DNA of 64,000 nt from Octopus sinensis (taxonomy: Eukaryota): contig NC_042999.1 of assembly GCF_006345805.1 (NCBI RefSeq), positions 125,240,001 through 125,304,000 of the forward strand. The letters run 5' to 3'. The notes beneath the pieces were generated by a model. The model searched no databases, had not been told where the DNA came from, and saw nothing but the letters and a program-made list of their open reading frames with translations. Below, piece after piece: positions 51,774 through 64,000 of the stretch. How positions within the stretch are numbered: position 1 is the stretch's first letter; the number at the start of each line of letters is the position of its first letter. Both the position numbers and the translations under genes were made by a program.

Positions 51774-52195
51774 TAGGCGCAGGAGTGGCTGCGTGGTAAG
51801 TAGCTTGCTTACCAACCAAATGGTTCCGGGTTCAGTCACACTGCGTGGCACCTTGGACAAGTGTCTTCTACTATAGCCTCGGGCCGACCAAAGCCTTGTG
51901 AGTGGATTTGGTAGGCGGAAACTGAAAGAAGCCCGTCGTATATTTGTGTGTGTGTGTGTGTGTGTCTGTGTGTGTGTGTGTGTGTTTGTGTGTCGGTTTT
52001 TGTCCCCCCAGCATCGCTTGACAACCGATGGTGGTGTGTTTACGTCCCCGTGACTTAGCGGTTCAGCAAAAGACACCGATAGAATAAGTACTAGGCTTCC
52101 AAAGAATAAGTCCTGCGGTCGATTTGCTCGACTAAAGGCGATGCTCCAGCAAGGCCGCAGTCAAATGACTGAAACAAGTAAGAGTAAAAGAGTAT
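51774..52195 (+). mobile_element. SINE family A, full length and young-looking
   Basis: AGGCGCAGGAGTGGCTGCGTGGTAAG (A-box-like), GGTTCAGTC (B-box-like), core, internal (TG)n, tail GACTGAAACAAGTAAGAGTAAAAGAGTA. Confidence 0.92.
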
Positions 52196-52318
52196 TTAGT
52201 TTCTTACTGCAAGGTTCTGGGTTCGATTCACTCCAGGGTTTCGATTTGGCCTGTTATCATTCTAGAATACAAGCATCACCGTCTCTCTCTCTCTCTCTCT
52301 TCTATCCTCTGTGTGAGA

Positions 52319-52367
<49 letters not shown>

Positions 52368-53664
52368 ATATATATATATATATATGAGAGGGTTGATAGG
52401 TGATAAGGAGAATATAATTCCAAGTTTGTGAATGTGGGTGTCATTGAGTCACCTTTGGGCTAGGTGTGGATGGTCTATAGGCTTGGCAACTGGATAGAAA
52501 CAAGATGGATTATATGCGCAATCTGCACACCTGTAGTAAGAGGGTGTCGGTTCAGAGCTTATTTCTAAACAGCACACACGCACACGTGTGTATATGTATA
52601 CATATATATATATATGTGTGTGGTGTGTGTGTGTGTGTGAGTGTGTGTATGTGAGTGTGTATGTGTGAGTGTGTGTATGTATATATGTGTGTGTGTGTGT
52701 GTACAGACAGACAGACAGACAGATGGCGGTGATGAAGCTGAGTGGTAGGAAATCTGTAAAGAATCCTGGTTCTTTAATAAGCATTAAACGTGTCTTTTTC
52801 TATATTTTCTGTTTCTCTCTCTCTCTTCTCTCTACTCTTCCCCCACTTTACGCGTTATTCAACCTTTCTCTTTAATTATCTCATTACTATGTTGCCATTC
52901 TGTTTCGTAACAAACGCGGAACTTTACTCTATAAAAAAACAAGCTGAAATTATGCATTGTTACAGTGTGTAGGCATATACAATACGTATGTGCATCTTAC
53001 CTGTGTGTATTTGTGGAATGGTATATATATATATATATGTACGCGCGTGGGCAGATGTAGAGGCAGGCGGTTGTTGATAAATGATGATATCACACAGCCT
53101 ATGATGTCATTGACAGCCAGCCGGATACACTAAAACTTTTATCGATTTTTATTTCACCTTCATTTGTAGAAGTTTACTTTTTCAGTCTTTCTCTTCGCGT
53201 TGCTCTCTTTTCCATCATTTGTGGGAGGATATTTCAGATGACTCAATATCCCCACCTCTCTCTCTCTCTCTCCTCTCTCTCTCTCCCCAACATTTCGGAT
53301 GTCTGTTGGACGCCTGTTACTAAGCACACTTCTCCGTCCCTGTTAGATCTATTAATATACATTTGAGCTATTGGACGAATCTAAATGTTGTCACCAGCAA
53401 AATCTCCATCGAATCCCATTCGGCTGCCTTCTTAAAAAGAGAACTCACTGAGTGATCTAATTCTTACATTATATCTGAAATAGAAATATCAGGATGATCA
53501 TGGCTGGAACATCTTTGATTATAAGTTTATTCTGGAGATAAACGGCATTAATATACACAATAGAGTTTTATCATCACCACAGCTGGCTTTCTCTTTACCT
53601 TCATTCATCAAAAAATACACACACACACACACACACACGCACGCACAAACACACTTGTCATCTT

Positions 53665-53699
<35 letters not shown>

Positions 53700-53779
53700 C
53701 ATTCCCTTTTTTTGGAACTCTCTTGCATTATAAAACCATTTTTCAACTACCTCCAAATTCTGTTCTTTTCAACATGTGA

Positions 53780-53983
53780 TCTCTTAAGCACCACCAGCTC
53801 AAATATTGTCTCCTCTGTCTTCCCTCCTTGGGATCTTTCCTTCTCCTTGTTTCCGACGAAGAGCTCCGCTCGAAACGTTAAACCCTCCTTCCCTTCTTTC
53901 CTGAGCGTCAAACTTTAATTGTTCCACGTCCTGCGTTGCTGTGTTTTTTTTTTCTCTTTTTTTCTGTGTTTTCTTGTTTGGAT

Positions 53984-53988
<5 letters not shown>
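53780..53988 (+). mobile_element. solo Penelope-type terminal repeat fragment
   Basis: Same architecture as the minus-strand 49560-49760: pyrimidine tract, hammerhead-like motif, TTCCTGAGCGTC, T-rich end joined to (TA)n. Confidence 0.7.
53849..53884 (+). ncRNA. minimal hammerhead-ribozyme-like motif (core U4 to C)
   Basis: GTTT-CCGACGA-A-GAGC-TCC-GCTC-GAAA-C-GT-T-AAAAC. Confidence 0.62.
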
Positions 53989-54032
<44 letters not shown>

Positions 54033-55324
54033 TCAGAGAGATAGAAGTAACTATATAGTCGGTCAAAGGCTGTCACACACACACAATATAAAGCAGAAGC
54101 AGTTCATGTTACTAAAAGTTTAAAAATCACTTTTATATACTAAAAAGCCGATTGGGTTCCTTTTCATCAAACATGTCTGATTTGTACAACAGCCTTACTC
54201 GATGTGAGAACTGCTTCGCATCGTGTGTGTGTGAGAAATGTTTTTTGAAATTCAAGTTATTTTTTTCTTTAAGCATTTTTCTGTAGGATTTTACACCGAC
54301 TATATTAACCACCGTGTTCAGCAATCAAGAGAGCCTCTATGTACTCGCTCGACCTGATAAATGTAGCATCCCATCTTCAAAAACAAATATGTACTGGATT
54401 CTTCTGCACAAGGGAAAAAGAAAAACATGATGGTCACAGCTGGAATGCTTTTGATCATAGGCCTGGTTGATCTAGTTGGACATAGGGTTAAGCAACATAA
54501 TCGCCAGTGGTAACACTACAACATTTGGTCGAATTAGTTGTTTAGTTTCAGACTAATCGAGTTGTCCTATAATCAGTGGCGTTCCAGCCTTGGCAGTCCC
54601 ATCCTTTTCCCGATCATTATGTATATAGGACTACACTATCCAGGGTCTCTCTTTGAAGATTGTAGGATGAAATAAGAGGGAAATTTGGCTGCTGTTTCTA
54701 ACAAACCCATCACGTAAAGACTCCATCATTGGTTCAAGTAGCCTAATTAGTTGTTGTTATTGTTTTTTAGTCCATATCACTCCTGATAGAACAGATCTGT
54801 AATCAAAGGCGTTCAAGCTCGACCATCCCGGTTTTGTAGGGATACTTAGGACTACATCAAGGCAGAGTCGCAAGCTATATACTCTACCAAACATCTGAAC
54901 TCCTTGACTTGAGCTTCACCACTGAATGAAATTTAATGTCTTACTCAGTCAGGATCCACATCATACCAAAACAAAAAGGCACAATAGGCACAATATTCTT
55001 CTATATTTACAAAAAACATAAGGAGGCCATTACTAGAATACATTTTATTTATAGGGCTGCTCAATTGGAGCTGATCTGGAGCTAAAAACCACTACCACCG
55101 ACAACAGCAACGTTGTTTGTCCATGAACATAATAAAAAGAAATCATTATTAAAGCGATAACCTCTGTTATTTACAGTTTAACTTGCCAAACTCGTAGGAA
55201 TAATTTAATAAAATGCTTCGGTTGCTAGCAACGAAGATAGATCTTGTCAAAAACAATGTCCTATTAACGAAAGTGTTAAATGCCTCTCGTGTTATTCTTA
55301 AGGTTAATGTTCAAACTAAACCAA

Positions 55325-55510
55325 TGGTGGCGATCTGGCAGAATCGTGAGCATGAAGCACTTTTTCCCGTCTATGTGTCCTAGGTTCAAATTCCGCCGAG
55401 GTCGACTTTCGAAGTCAATAAAATAAGTACCAGTTGAACACTGAGGTCGATGTATCCGACTAACCTCTCCCATTAAATTTCAGGCTTTGTGCTAATAATT
55501 GAAAGGAATA
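55325..55510 (+). mobile_element. SINE family B copy
   Basis: GGTGGCGATCTGGCAGAATCG head, TTCAAATTCCGCCGAGGTCGACTTT core. Confidence 0.8.
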
Positions 55511-58500
55511 TTAAATCTAAGCCTATTTATTAATCTGTATGACTATGGCTTATTCATCTGTTCACTTCTAAACTGTAAATGCACTGTCATCTTCTCTTCA
55601 TCATTATTATTGTCGTTATCATGATAATTGTCACCATTATCGTAATCATCCTTATAATCCTCCCCATCTTCATCGTAAAGATGATTGCCAGCTCATTATA
55701 CCTATACTACAGCATATACAATCAAGTCCTACCGTTGCAATGGGGGAACAATTGTAATTATTTTAATAAGCAAATATCAACATTTTTGAATTTGTAAACA
55801 CTTTTACGATCAATATAGATCTTTTAGATCGGCTTTTGCTTTCAGTAACACGGAAGAGCAATTTCATTTATCTTATCTCTCTTAACTATCTATATACTCA
55901 TGTAATTTTTATATACATAAATTTTAAGCAGGCGAATTTGTGAAGTCGTTAGGGCACTAGGCACATCGTTACACGGTTTTCGATATTTTTAGTTACGATA
56001 GCTCCTAGATCAACTTTGCTTTAAATTCTTTTGTGGTCGATAAATAAAGTGACAGTCTTCTTTCCACCTTTATCTCTAAAAAAATCGATTGTGGACAGAT
56101 TTGGATATACTTCACTAAATCATGGCACAGATACGCTGTATATCACCGCTGTGTATCTAAGACTACGTCAGTTGGGGGTTTATAAGAATTATATAATAGA
56201 TTACTTATGTAGTTGACAGAAATAGTAAAAACTCGTCAAACGGACTGTACTTGTTCTTGGGTGGTAGATTTCATGCACCACCCACTTGAACAACATCGCC
56301 TAGCCCTTAAGTATCTTTTACGGGATCTGCTCTGTTACAATATTAGAGCCAGAGAACTAGTCCTTCACGAACTGTAATTTCTCCGTTTTCTTCTCGAACA
56401 CCATGAACGCTACCTTTTCTCCTCTGAGTAAAGAACAAAGCAATCTAGGTTTATATTATCCAATGTATCCGCTCTTTTTAGTACAGTATCATTTAATGGA
56501 AACTCAGCAGTCATTAGCACCTTCATTAGCTCATGGCAGTTTTGACAGATGAATCTAAAATGGTCGTTTAATGTGGAAATTAAGATTTTTACCCAAGCTT
56601 GTTATTTCTGTCTTTTATTCCAATTTGTTTTTTGGGGGGTTTTTTTCATTCAATAAAGAAAGAATTCCCTTGGCATATATGGAATAAATTGGTTCCCAAT
56701 AATATTTTTGCCCTCCGGTTTATATAAATATTTGTGTGTTGGAAGTGATAAAAAAAAATCTAGCGTACTAAAATTTCTCTAAGAAATCTACATAATTGGT
56801 ATATGGATGGTTAATCAATAATTGCAAACAAACGAACTAAAAATAATTGTGATTCTACAGGCTTTTATCCTAAGCAGATGTTCCTTATGGCAATAAGAGA
56901 TATAACACTAAATAACTTCAATGAAAAGCAATCTTGAAAGTTTTACTCTCACTAATGAGGGTAAAAAAAATTTCTTGCCCCTATCCAAACCAAGTATCTT
57001 TCCTTTCTAGTCTTAAGGGTTTTCTAATTTACAATATGAAACATGAATTTACCAATGATAAAGATCAATTGCCTATGGCATGTTGCTGCAGATCCTGGCA
57101 TTCCAACCATCTATCGATATACCGTTTAACCAATGATATACCGTTCGAATGAACTTTATTTCCTAATATGACTAGGCCACTGCACGGTTTAATCATTTCC
57201 AATTTCTCTGAATAGTTCTTATTTAGAATTAATTTGGTATTTTTTTTTTACACTAAATATGTAATGAGTGAAAAAGGGCTTCCACTGCGAATCACAAAGA
57301 TTGAACTTCGGTGAAGATGAAGCCAAATATTTCGAAAATAAAGATCGTAACTGTAGGCCATTGAGTTCATTGGAAGACTTGTTAATCATCGGAATTGATT
57401 TCTATTATAAATTTCTACTGTTGAAGTTGTGTTAGGGTTGTTTTCTGATCACAAAGATAATTTTCAAGTTAGCGACCTTATCTAGGTCACACTTGACATC
57501 TTTTTTTATATCCCAATAACTGCTTTAAAACAAATCGCTACCTTCATCTAAAAATATACGAGTTGACATAATTTGAAATAGTTTAACATCATCTTGGTCA
57601 TTTTCTATGGCAGTTGTATACTATCTCTAATAATAATCCATATATTTCCCTCTTTTTTTTTTTTTTTTTTGGCTTACACTAAAGAGGAAAAGCAATATTC
57701 ATGACCCTTTTCAAGGCTTCAGAAAGTGGGGTGGGAAGGGGAAGTTATCCTCAGCTTGCAAAACTTGACCCGAAAGCTTGCAATGGAGTTGATTCTTCCA
57801 AAGGCAAGGAGGAGTGGAGTGGAGAAAATGGTGGTGGTGGTTATAAATAAGATCAACAACTTTGGTATTCAAGACTTTATTCAACTCTTAACAAACAGCG
57901 TATCTAAAACAAAACAAAAAAAAAAGCTTACATTGGTGAAAGAAAATTTTACACATAACCATTGCACGTGAAATAACAATAACTAAGAAATAATATAACA
58001 GTATTATTAAACCGGGCAATTGATTAAGATTGCCAACCTACAATAAAAACTATCTTTCCGATATATTTCCGTCTACCAAATTTTGTTTACAATGCTTTGG
58101 TCGACTCGAAGCTATAATAGTAGATGCTTGCTCAAGGCTCTGCACCGTGGCTTTAAACCCAAAAGTACGCAGCTGTAAAACCAACTTCTAACCACAAAAC
58201 CCGTTTCTGTGTCCCAGTAATATAGCTGAAGTGGTTCGCCTCGGGCGAGCTTTTATAGGAGCGATACTTTTGGGTCTGCTATATACGCCTATATATAGGC
58301 TTGGAGGCTCGAGTGGTGACAAACTCGAGAGCTGCCCCGGGCAGCACAAACTCAGGTTATGCCATTGCTGTGTCCATGCTATTACAACAGCCAAGTTACT
58401 ACCGAACTGTCGGTCATCCTTTATCTTCTATTAACTTATTTTTTGTGAGAATTTGCTAAATCACATTTCAGAGTTCGGTGATTTTCTTTTCATTAATATG

Positions 58501-58931
58501 TAATTAGTTATGAGAAATTCAGACCAACGTTTCTTTAGGATAAAGCAGAATATTGATTAGTTACATAGGTGGCGCATTTCGAGGTGGGTGGGGAGTATAA
58601 ACATCGTGTGATATTCATGACTTTCTCAAAGGTATTTTAGACATTGAATTAAGAGATGTGACTACAACCAGGAATCAATATTGACCCGTGGGCATGCTTG
58701 TCTGGTTCTGCAGTGTTTGTTACTTCTATAAAGAATGTTTTTAGTAATTATCGATCAGAAATCAATTAATCCATAGATCGCAGTTTTGAATAAAGTAGAG
58801 CAAAAGGTAAGCTTTCGTCAATTTAAGAATCAGTGCACGGTTTCAGTTTCTAATTGAAAATCCTTTCATTTCACTAAGACTACCAACATACCTGGAAAAG
58901 TGCGTTCTAACTCACCACTTTCTTTTCTCTT

Positions 58932-59185
58932 CAGTTTAGGACAACCATTTTTTACCTTTAGACCTCTTTTGATTCCTATTTGCTCTACTGGACCCGCCAT
59001 AGCCATTTGAAGTTTTTAAAAGATCCCATATTTTTATAGTTAGCTATTATTAAGAACTGTATTTAAAAAATTGTTAAGTATTCTGCGTATTGTAGAAGTA
59101 TAACCGATATATTACATATAATTTTCAACAACAAAATCTCTTATGGATTCTCAAGGGCCATATGGACCCCAGTTGAGAACCACTG
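58932..59185 (-). mobile_element. reverse-oriented copy of the Charlie-like MITE at 39301-39549
   Basis: Ends GGACCCCAGTTGAGAACCACTG; internal alignment with the reverse complement of 39301-39549. Confidence 0.78.
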
Positions 59186-59309
59186 GTTCAGGATCCTTCT
59201 TAAACGACCAATACTTTGTGTGCTCCCCATAAATTTAATAGAATCAAATGTCTGAATTTTCGTAATCAGTAATATTCATTATCAATTAACAACACTCTTT
59301 TTTCACTTG

Positions 59310-59485
59310 CTGTATCAGCGGCAGTTGTATTAAGTCACCGATTGTCGTATCATACGAGTAATTTGGTGTCATACCCAGCCACTTGTATGAGCGATTGCTG
59401 AGTCCTACTAACAGTTATTCTATCATACAAGCAATTGCTGTGTCACACAGCGACTGTTGTGTCATGCCAGCAATTGCTGTATTCT
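59310..59485. repeat. diverged ~19-20 bp tandem minisatellite
   Basis: Recurrent TCATAC.AGCAATTGCTGTG-like units. Confidence 0.6.
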
Positions 59486-59944
59486 ACCAAAGTATGTTTC
59501 TTCGTACCTGAGAGCAAAACCACTCAACATTGTAATTGTGGTATTGTGAAACAAGTGAAATAAAATGGAGCATAAGTAAGATTCTGTATAAGTATTTTTA
59601 TGACTTCGAAAACCACTTCAGATTGTTCTGTTTACACCGAACTAACTTTTTGGGAATGTTTGAATATCACCACTTCTCATTTCCTCCTTTAAAAAATTCT
59701 CATGTAATGCCAACGTAAGGAAGAAATAAGTCTTGAAATTTAAATACATGTTGATTACTGCCATGTCAACCTTTATCCTTATTTATAAGGAAAGAGCTCC
59801 AGCTGTAGCTGTCTCGTCCTGTTTTTTTTTTAAATAGTATGGGTAAGACAATATCATCAATGTTATGTATGTTTTTAAGAGGACGTTTCGGTGAGGTTTG
59901 AGAATTGGCTAATATTTCTAGTATGTTTGTGTTTGTGTCGCGCT

Positions 59945-59991
<47 letters not shown>

Positions 59992-60186
59992 GTATATGTA
60001 CCTGTGCATATGTGTGTGTATATTACGCAGTGTATTTCACAGTCTGTGTTACGCGCGCGCACCGCGTATACAGTTTGTGAATATAGTTATTTTCTCGTTT
60101 GGCTGTTTGGAGTTTCAAAATATATATTTCCTTATTTGTGACATTGATAGTAAGTAGTTGCATTGCCTCTTGTTGGCTTTTGTTAT

Positions 60187-60283
60187 CCGATATATATATA
60201 TATATATATAATATATATATATATATGTATGTATGTATGTATGTATATGTATGTATGTATATGTATGTATGTATATATATGTA

Positions 60284-60317
<34 letters not shown>

Positions 60318-61301
60318 GTATATATATGTATGTATATATATGTATATATATGTATATATATATGTATATATATATGTTATATATATGTATATATATATAT
60401 GTATATATATGTATATATAATGTATATATAATTGTATATATATATATATGTATGTATATATTGTATATATATATGTTATATATTATATATGTATATATAA
60501 TTATATATATGTATATATATGTTATATGTGTATATATGTGTATATATGTATATATAGTGTATATATATGTGTATATATATGTATATATGTGTATATATAT
60601 GTATTATATGTATGTATATATGTATTATATATGTATATATATGTATATATATGTATATATATATGTATATATATGTATATATATATGTATATATATATGT
60701 ATATATATGTATATATATGGTATATATATGTATATATATATGTATATATATGTAATATATATATGTATATATATATGTATATATATATGTATATATTAGT
60801 ATATATATGTATATATATATGTATATATATATATGTATATATATATGTAATGTATAGATATGTATGTATATATATGTATATTAATATATGTATATATGTA
60901 ATATATATATGTATATATATATATATGTATATATATATGTATATATATTATGTATATATATATATGTATATATATATGTATATATATATGTATATATATA
61001 TGTATGTATATATATATGTATATATATATAGTATATATATATGTATATATATATGTATATATATATGTATGTATATAATGTATATATATATGTATATATA
61101 TATGTATATATATATATGTATATATAATATGTATAATATATATATTATAATATATATGATATATATATGTATATATATATATGTATATATATATATTATT
61201 TAATATATGTATATATATTATATATATATGTATATATATATATGTATATATATGTATATATATATGTAATATATGTATATATATATATGTATATATATAT
61301 G

Positions 61302-61335
<34 letters not shown>

Positions 61336-61352
61336 ATATATCTATATATATA
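60187..61352. repeat. ~1.2 kb (TA)n array with periodic TATG interruptions
   Basis: Direct reading. Confidence 0.97.
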
Positions 61353-62295
61353 TTGTGTGTACATAGTAGGGTGTAAGTTTGTTGACAAAAATAGTTGGTG
61401 TCAGACGATGATCAAGATAATTGATACAAAGGCGGTGAGCGCTACTCATCCATTTGTAGTGACCTATTTGTGGGTCACTCCATATTCTCTATAACAGGCA
61501 GACACACACATACTCACACACGCGCGTTTGTGATGATTTTATTTGGAAAATGCTCTTAATGGCATTTACTCCCTAATCACCATTATAATAAATGAAGTTA
61601 GTTATCATTTTAATGAGCATTAAATGCCGTTTCTTGTTTCTGTAACTTCTCTCTGGAGCTGTGTGAAAAAAAAAAAACATGAACATCTGGTGACGTTAAT
61701 GCACATTTTAACAGCTTAAATCGTTTTCAATATCGTTGTTTGACTTTTAGCTTAAATCTATTTTTTTAATCCAATTTTCGACACTTAACTTTGAAACGGA
61801 AGAAAACGAAGACAACTTCTATGGGTCAACGAAGATGTCTCTAAGTGGTGTGCTTGACCCCCCAATTTTCATCCTTTCATCTTAAGAGGAAGGAAACACT
61901 GGTTAATATAATCTTCGATACACTGTGTAAGCTATAGGATCTGCTTCATTATATCGGACCTGAAGTTGTTATACAAATAACCCTCTATGTAGTTACTCGA
62001 GCTGCTAGAAATAACAACCAAATGTACCTGAAATCACATCCTTAAAAGGATAAGAATAAGTTGGGTGATGTAGTCTTAGAGATATGCTAGGAAAAAAGAG
62101 AAGATCATTATGACGGGTCTGTTCGATCAGATCAGCAACTTGTTTTACTTGTTTCAGGCATTGATGAGCTGCGACCATGCTTGCACACCACTTTGTAAGA
62201 TTAGTCGACTAAATAGACCCCAGTACTTATTTTTTCAAGTCTAGTACTTATTCTGTCGCTGTCTTGTGGCTAAGTTATGGGGCTGTATACAAATC

Positions 62296-62349
<54 letters not shown>

Positions 62350-62350
62350 C

Positions 62351-62795
62351 CAGGGTGTCCCCCAAAAATTGACATCATATCTGAGTAGCTACATGTCCGA
62401 GGTAAACGAAATTAAATAGACTTTATGTTGAACAATAAAAGATTTATTTATCAAAATTCGAACAAGAAATTCAGAGGGATGTAGATTTTATAAACGATTT
62501 CACAAAGCTTCCCAAATGTTCAATATGCGCACCGCCTGTGACACGACACAAGTCAAGTCGGTAGTCCAGATCCTGCCAAACACGCTGTAGCATGTCTTGC
62601 GTAACGTTCTCCAGCACCTCAATGATTTTATACTTGGGTTCCTCTAGGCTTGTAGAAAGAGGGGGCTACAGACCAATCCTTTCACATAGGGCCCTAGAAA
62701 AAAAAACACAAGGTGTCAAATCAGGTTGATGAGGTGGTCATTTCAACAGCATGTTGTCATTATCACTGGCATGCCTGATCCAGACTTTGTTTTTA
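62351..62795 (-). mobile_element. Tc1/mariner-superfamily (DD37D/maT-like) transposon, right end with transposase C-terminus
   Basis: WIRHASDNDNMLLK*PPHQPDLTPC.FF, then PPLSTSLEEPKYKIIEVLENVTQDMLQRVWQDLDYRLDLCRVTGGAHIEHL; terminal CAGGGTGTCCCCCAAAAATT at 62351 next to (TA)n. Confidence 0.88.
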
Positions 62796-62875
62796 CACAT
62801 TTTATTGAAATTTGAGATCATTTGGGTGAGAGCTGGCTATGTTATTAGACTACAAAATGTCCATTTTGTGGGGAC

Positions 62876-62876
62876 T

Positions 62877-62912
<36 letters not shown>

Positions 62913-62967
62913 CCTCTCCCTCCTCCTCTCTCTCTCCTCCCTCCCTCTCTCTCTCTCTCTCTCTCTG

Positions 62968-63035
<68 letters not shown>
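62876..63035. repeat. compound (CT)n(TA)n microsatellite
   Basis: Direct reading. Confidence 0.95.
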
Positions 63036-63037
<2 letters not shown>

Positions 63038-63924
63038 GGGGGCTTCCATACGGTTTCCGTTTGCCAGATTCTCTCACAAATCATTAATAGGCCCAGAATA
63101 CGTGATTGCGAAACGAACTTTTTAAGCACGCAACCATTTTGGCGTAAACTTTTTTTTCTCTCTCTCTCTCTTCTTGATGTATTACTTCATGAAAGTAAAC
63201 TACCATTTATGCAATTTTTTTTGTGTTTGTCTATAACATCAAGGTAACTCTTTGAGTATGTCGGAAGTCTGCAATCCTCTGAGACTCAGTAATATTTGTA
63301 GGAGACTCTGAGTTTGTGAAAGTTTATTTCTTTGGCCATGTGTCTGCCTGTAATCACTCCCGTATTCCGCTCTTTTTCATTCAATCAGTTAGAAATAAAC
63401 TGTTCTTGCTTTGATTATTGCAGGAACAGTAGCAGTTGGTGGTGGTGGTGGTGGTGGTGGTGGCTTTAGTGTTGGCAACGTGGATGATGGCTTCAGTGGT
63501 ATAGAAGATATGCTAATAATGCCGATTTTGGTAGGAGTGGCGTTGTTGCTGTTTAACTCCAGAACGCCTCTGCTACAGTAGATCTCTAAGGTCAACGACA
63601 TTGAAGCCGTGACCATTTCGCGTTTTGTTCTTTCCCCTCTAGACAGTGTATCTAGCACTACGTTATCTAATATGTACGTCCTTGTTTTAAAAACACTAGG
63701 TTAGGACTTGAGAGAGGTGTCTGCCATTTCTAGCAAATCGACCGATTGCATAAAAACTTTCTCGTTGACCAGCGGTGATGGTGTATGGTCGTAAGCGGTG
63801 GTGGTGCTAACTGGTCGATTGGATTGTAATTTCTTTTTCTTTTTAATAACTGTATATACTTTTCGTTCATTAAACAGATTGACTGTCCTCTCATCAATTT
63901 CACACTATTCTCAGAACAACCCCC

Positions 63925-63962
63925 TCTTTCTCTCTCTCTCTCTCCTCTCCCATCTCTCTCTC

Positions 63963-64000
<38 letters not shown>
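63925..64000. repeat. (CT)n microsatellite
   Basis: Direct reading. Confidence 0.95.

Noticed and set aside
51774-51850. tRNA-like sequence (also at 15860-15929 and 31130-31199)
   Set aside because: These are SINE heads continuing into SINE bodies, with no complete cloverleaf, so they are not tRNA genes
58777-58806. Possible 30-nt micro-exon (IAVLNKVEQK) with a strong AAG|GTAAGC donor
   Set aside because: Weak acceptor and no linked exons; cannot be distinguished from chance

Overview
This is a eukaryotic, very AT-rich window saturated with microsatellites and transposon relics. The SINE families, Penelope elements and repeat style are most consistent with an octopod cephalopod (Octopus-like) genome; that is inferred from repeat sequences I recognise and was not verified by search. 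I found no confident host protein-coding exon, tRNA gene, rRNA gene or CRISPR array. Nearly all supplied ORFs are read-throughs of microsatellites or SINEs. Supported content: (1) two Penelope-like retroelement relics plus a solo terminal-repeat fragment, each with a minimal hammerhead-ribozyme-like motif; (2) relics of an RLE-type non-LTR element, a Tx1/L1-like ORF1, Tc1 and mariner transposases, a Merlin (IS1595-like) transposase and a Helitron; (3) hAT-type MITEs with 8-bp target-site duplications (TSDs); (4) dozens of tRNA-derived SINE copies from several families, and an RTE-type element; (5) a ~5 kb zoned (TA)-based array and a second ~1.2 kb array. The most intriguing signal is two independent SINE dimers with the same 184-bp period and the same palindromic junction. 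One of them has an apparent ~50-bp in-situ target duplication, suggesting a SINE module that homes in register into existing SINE copies at a fixed site.
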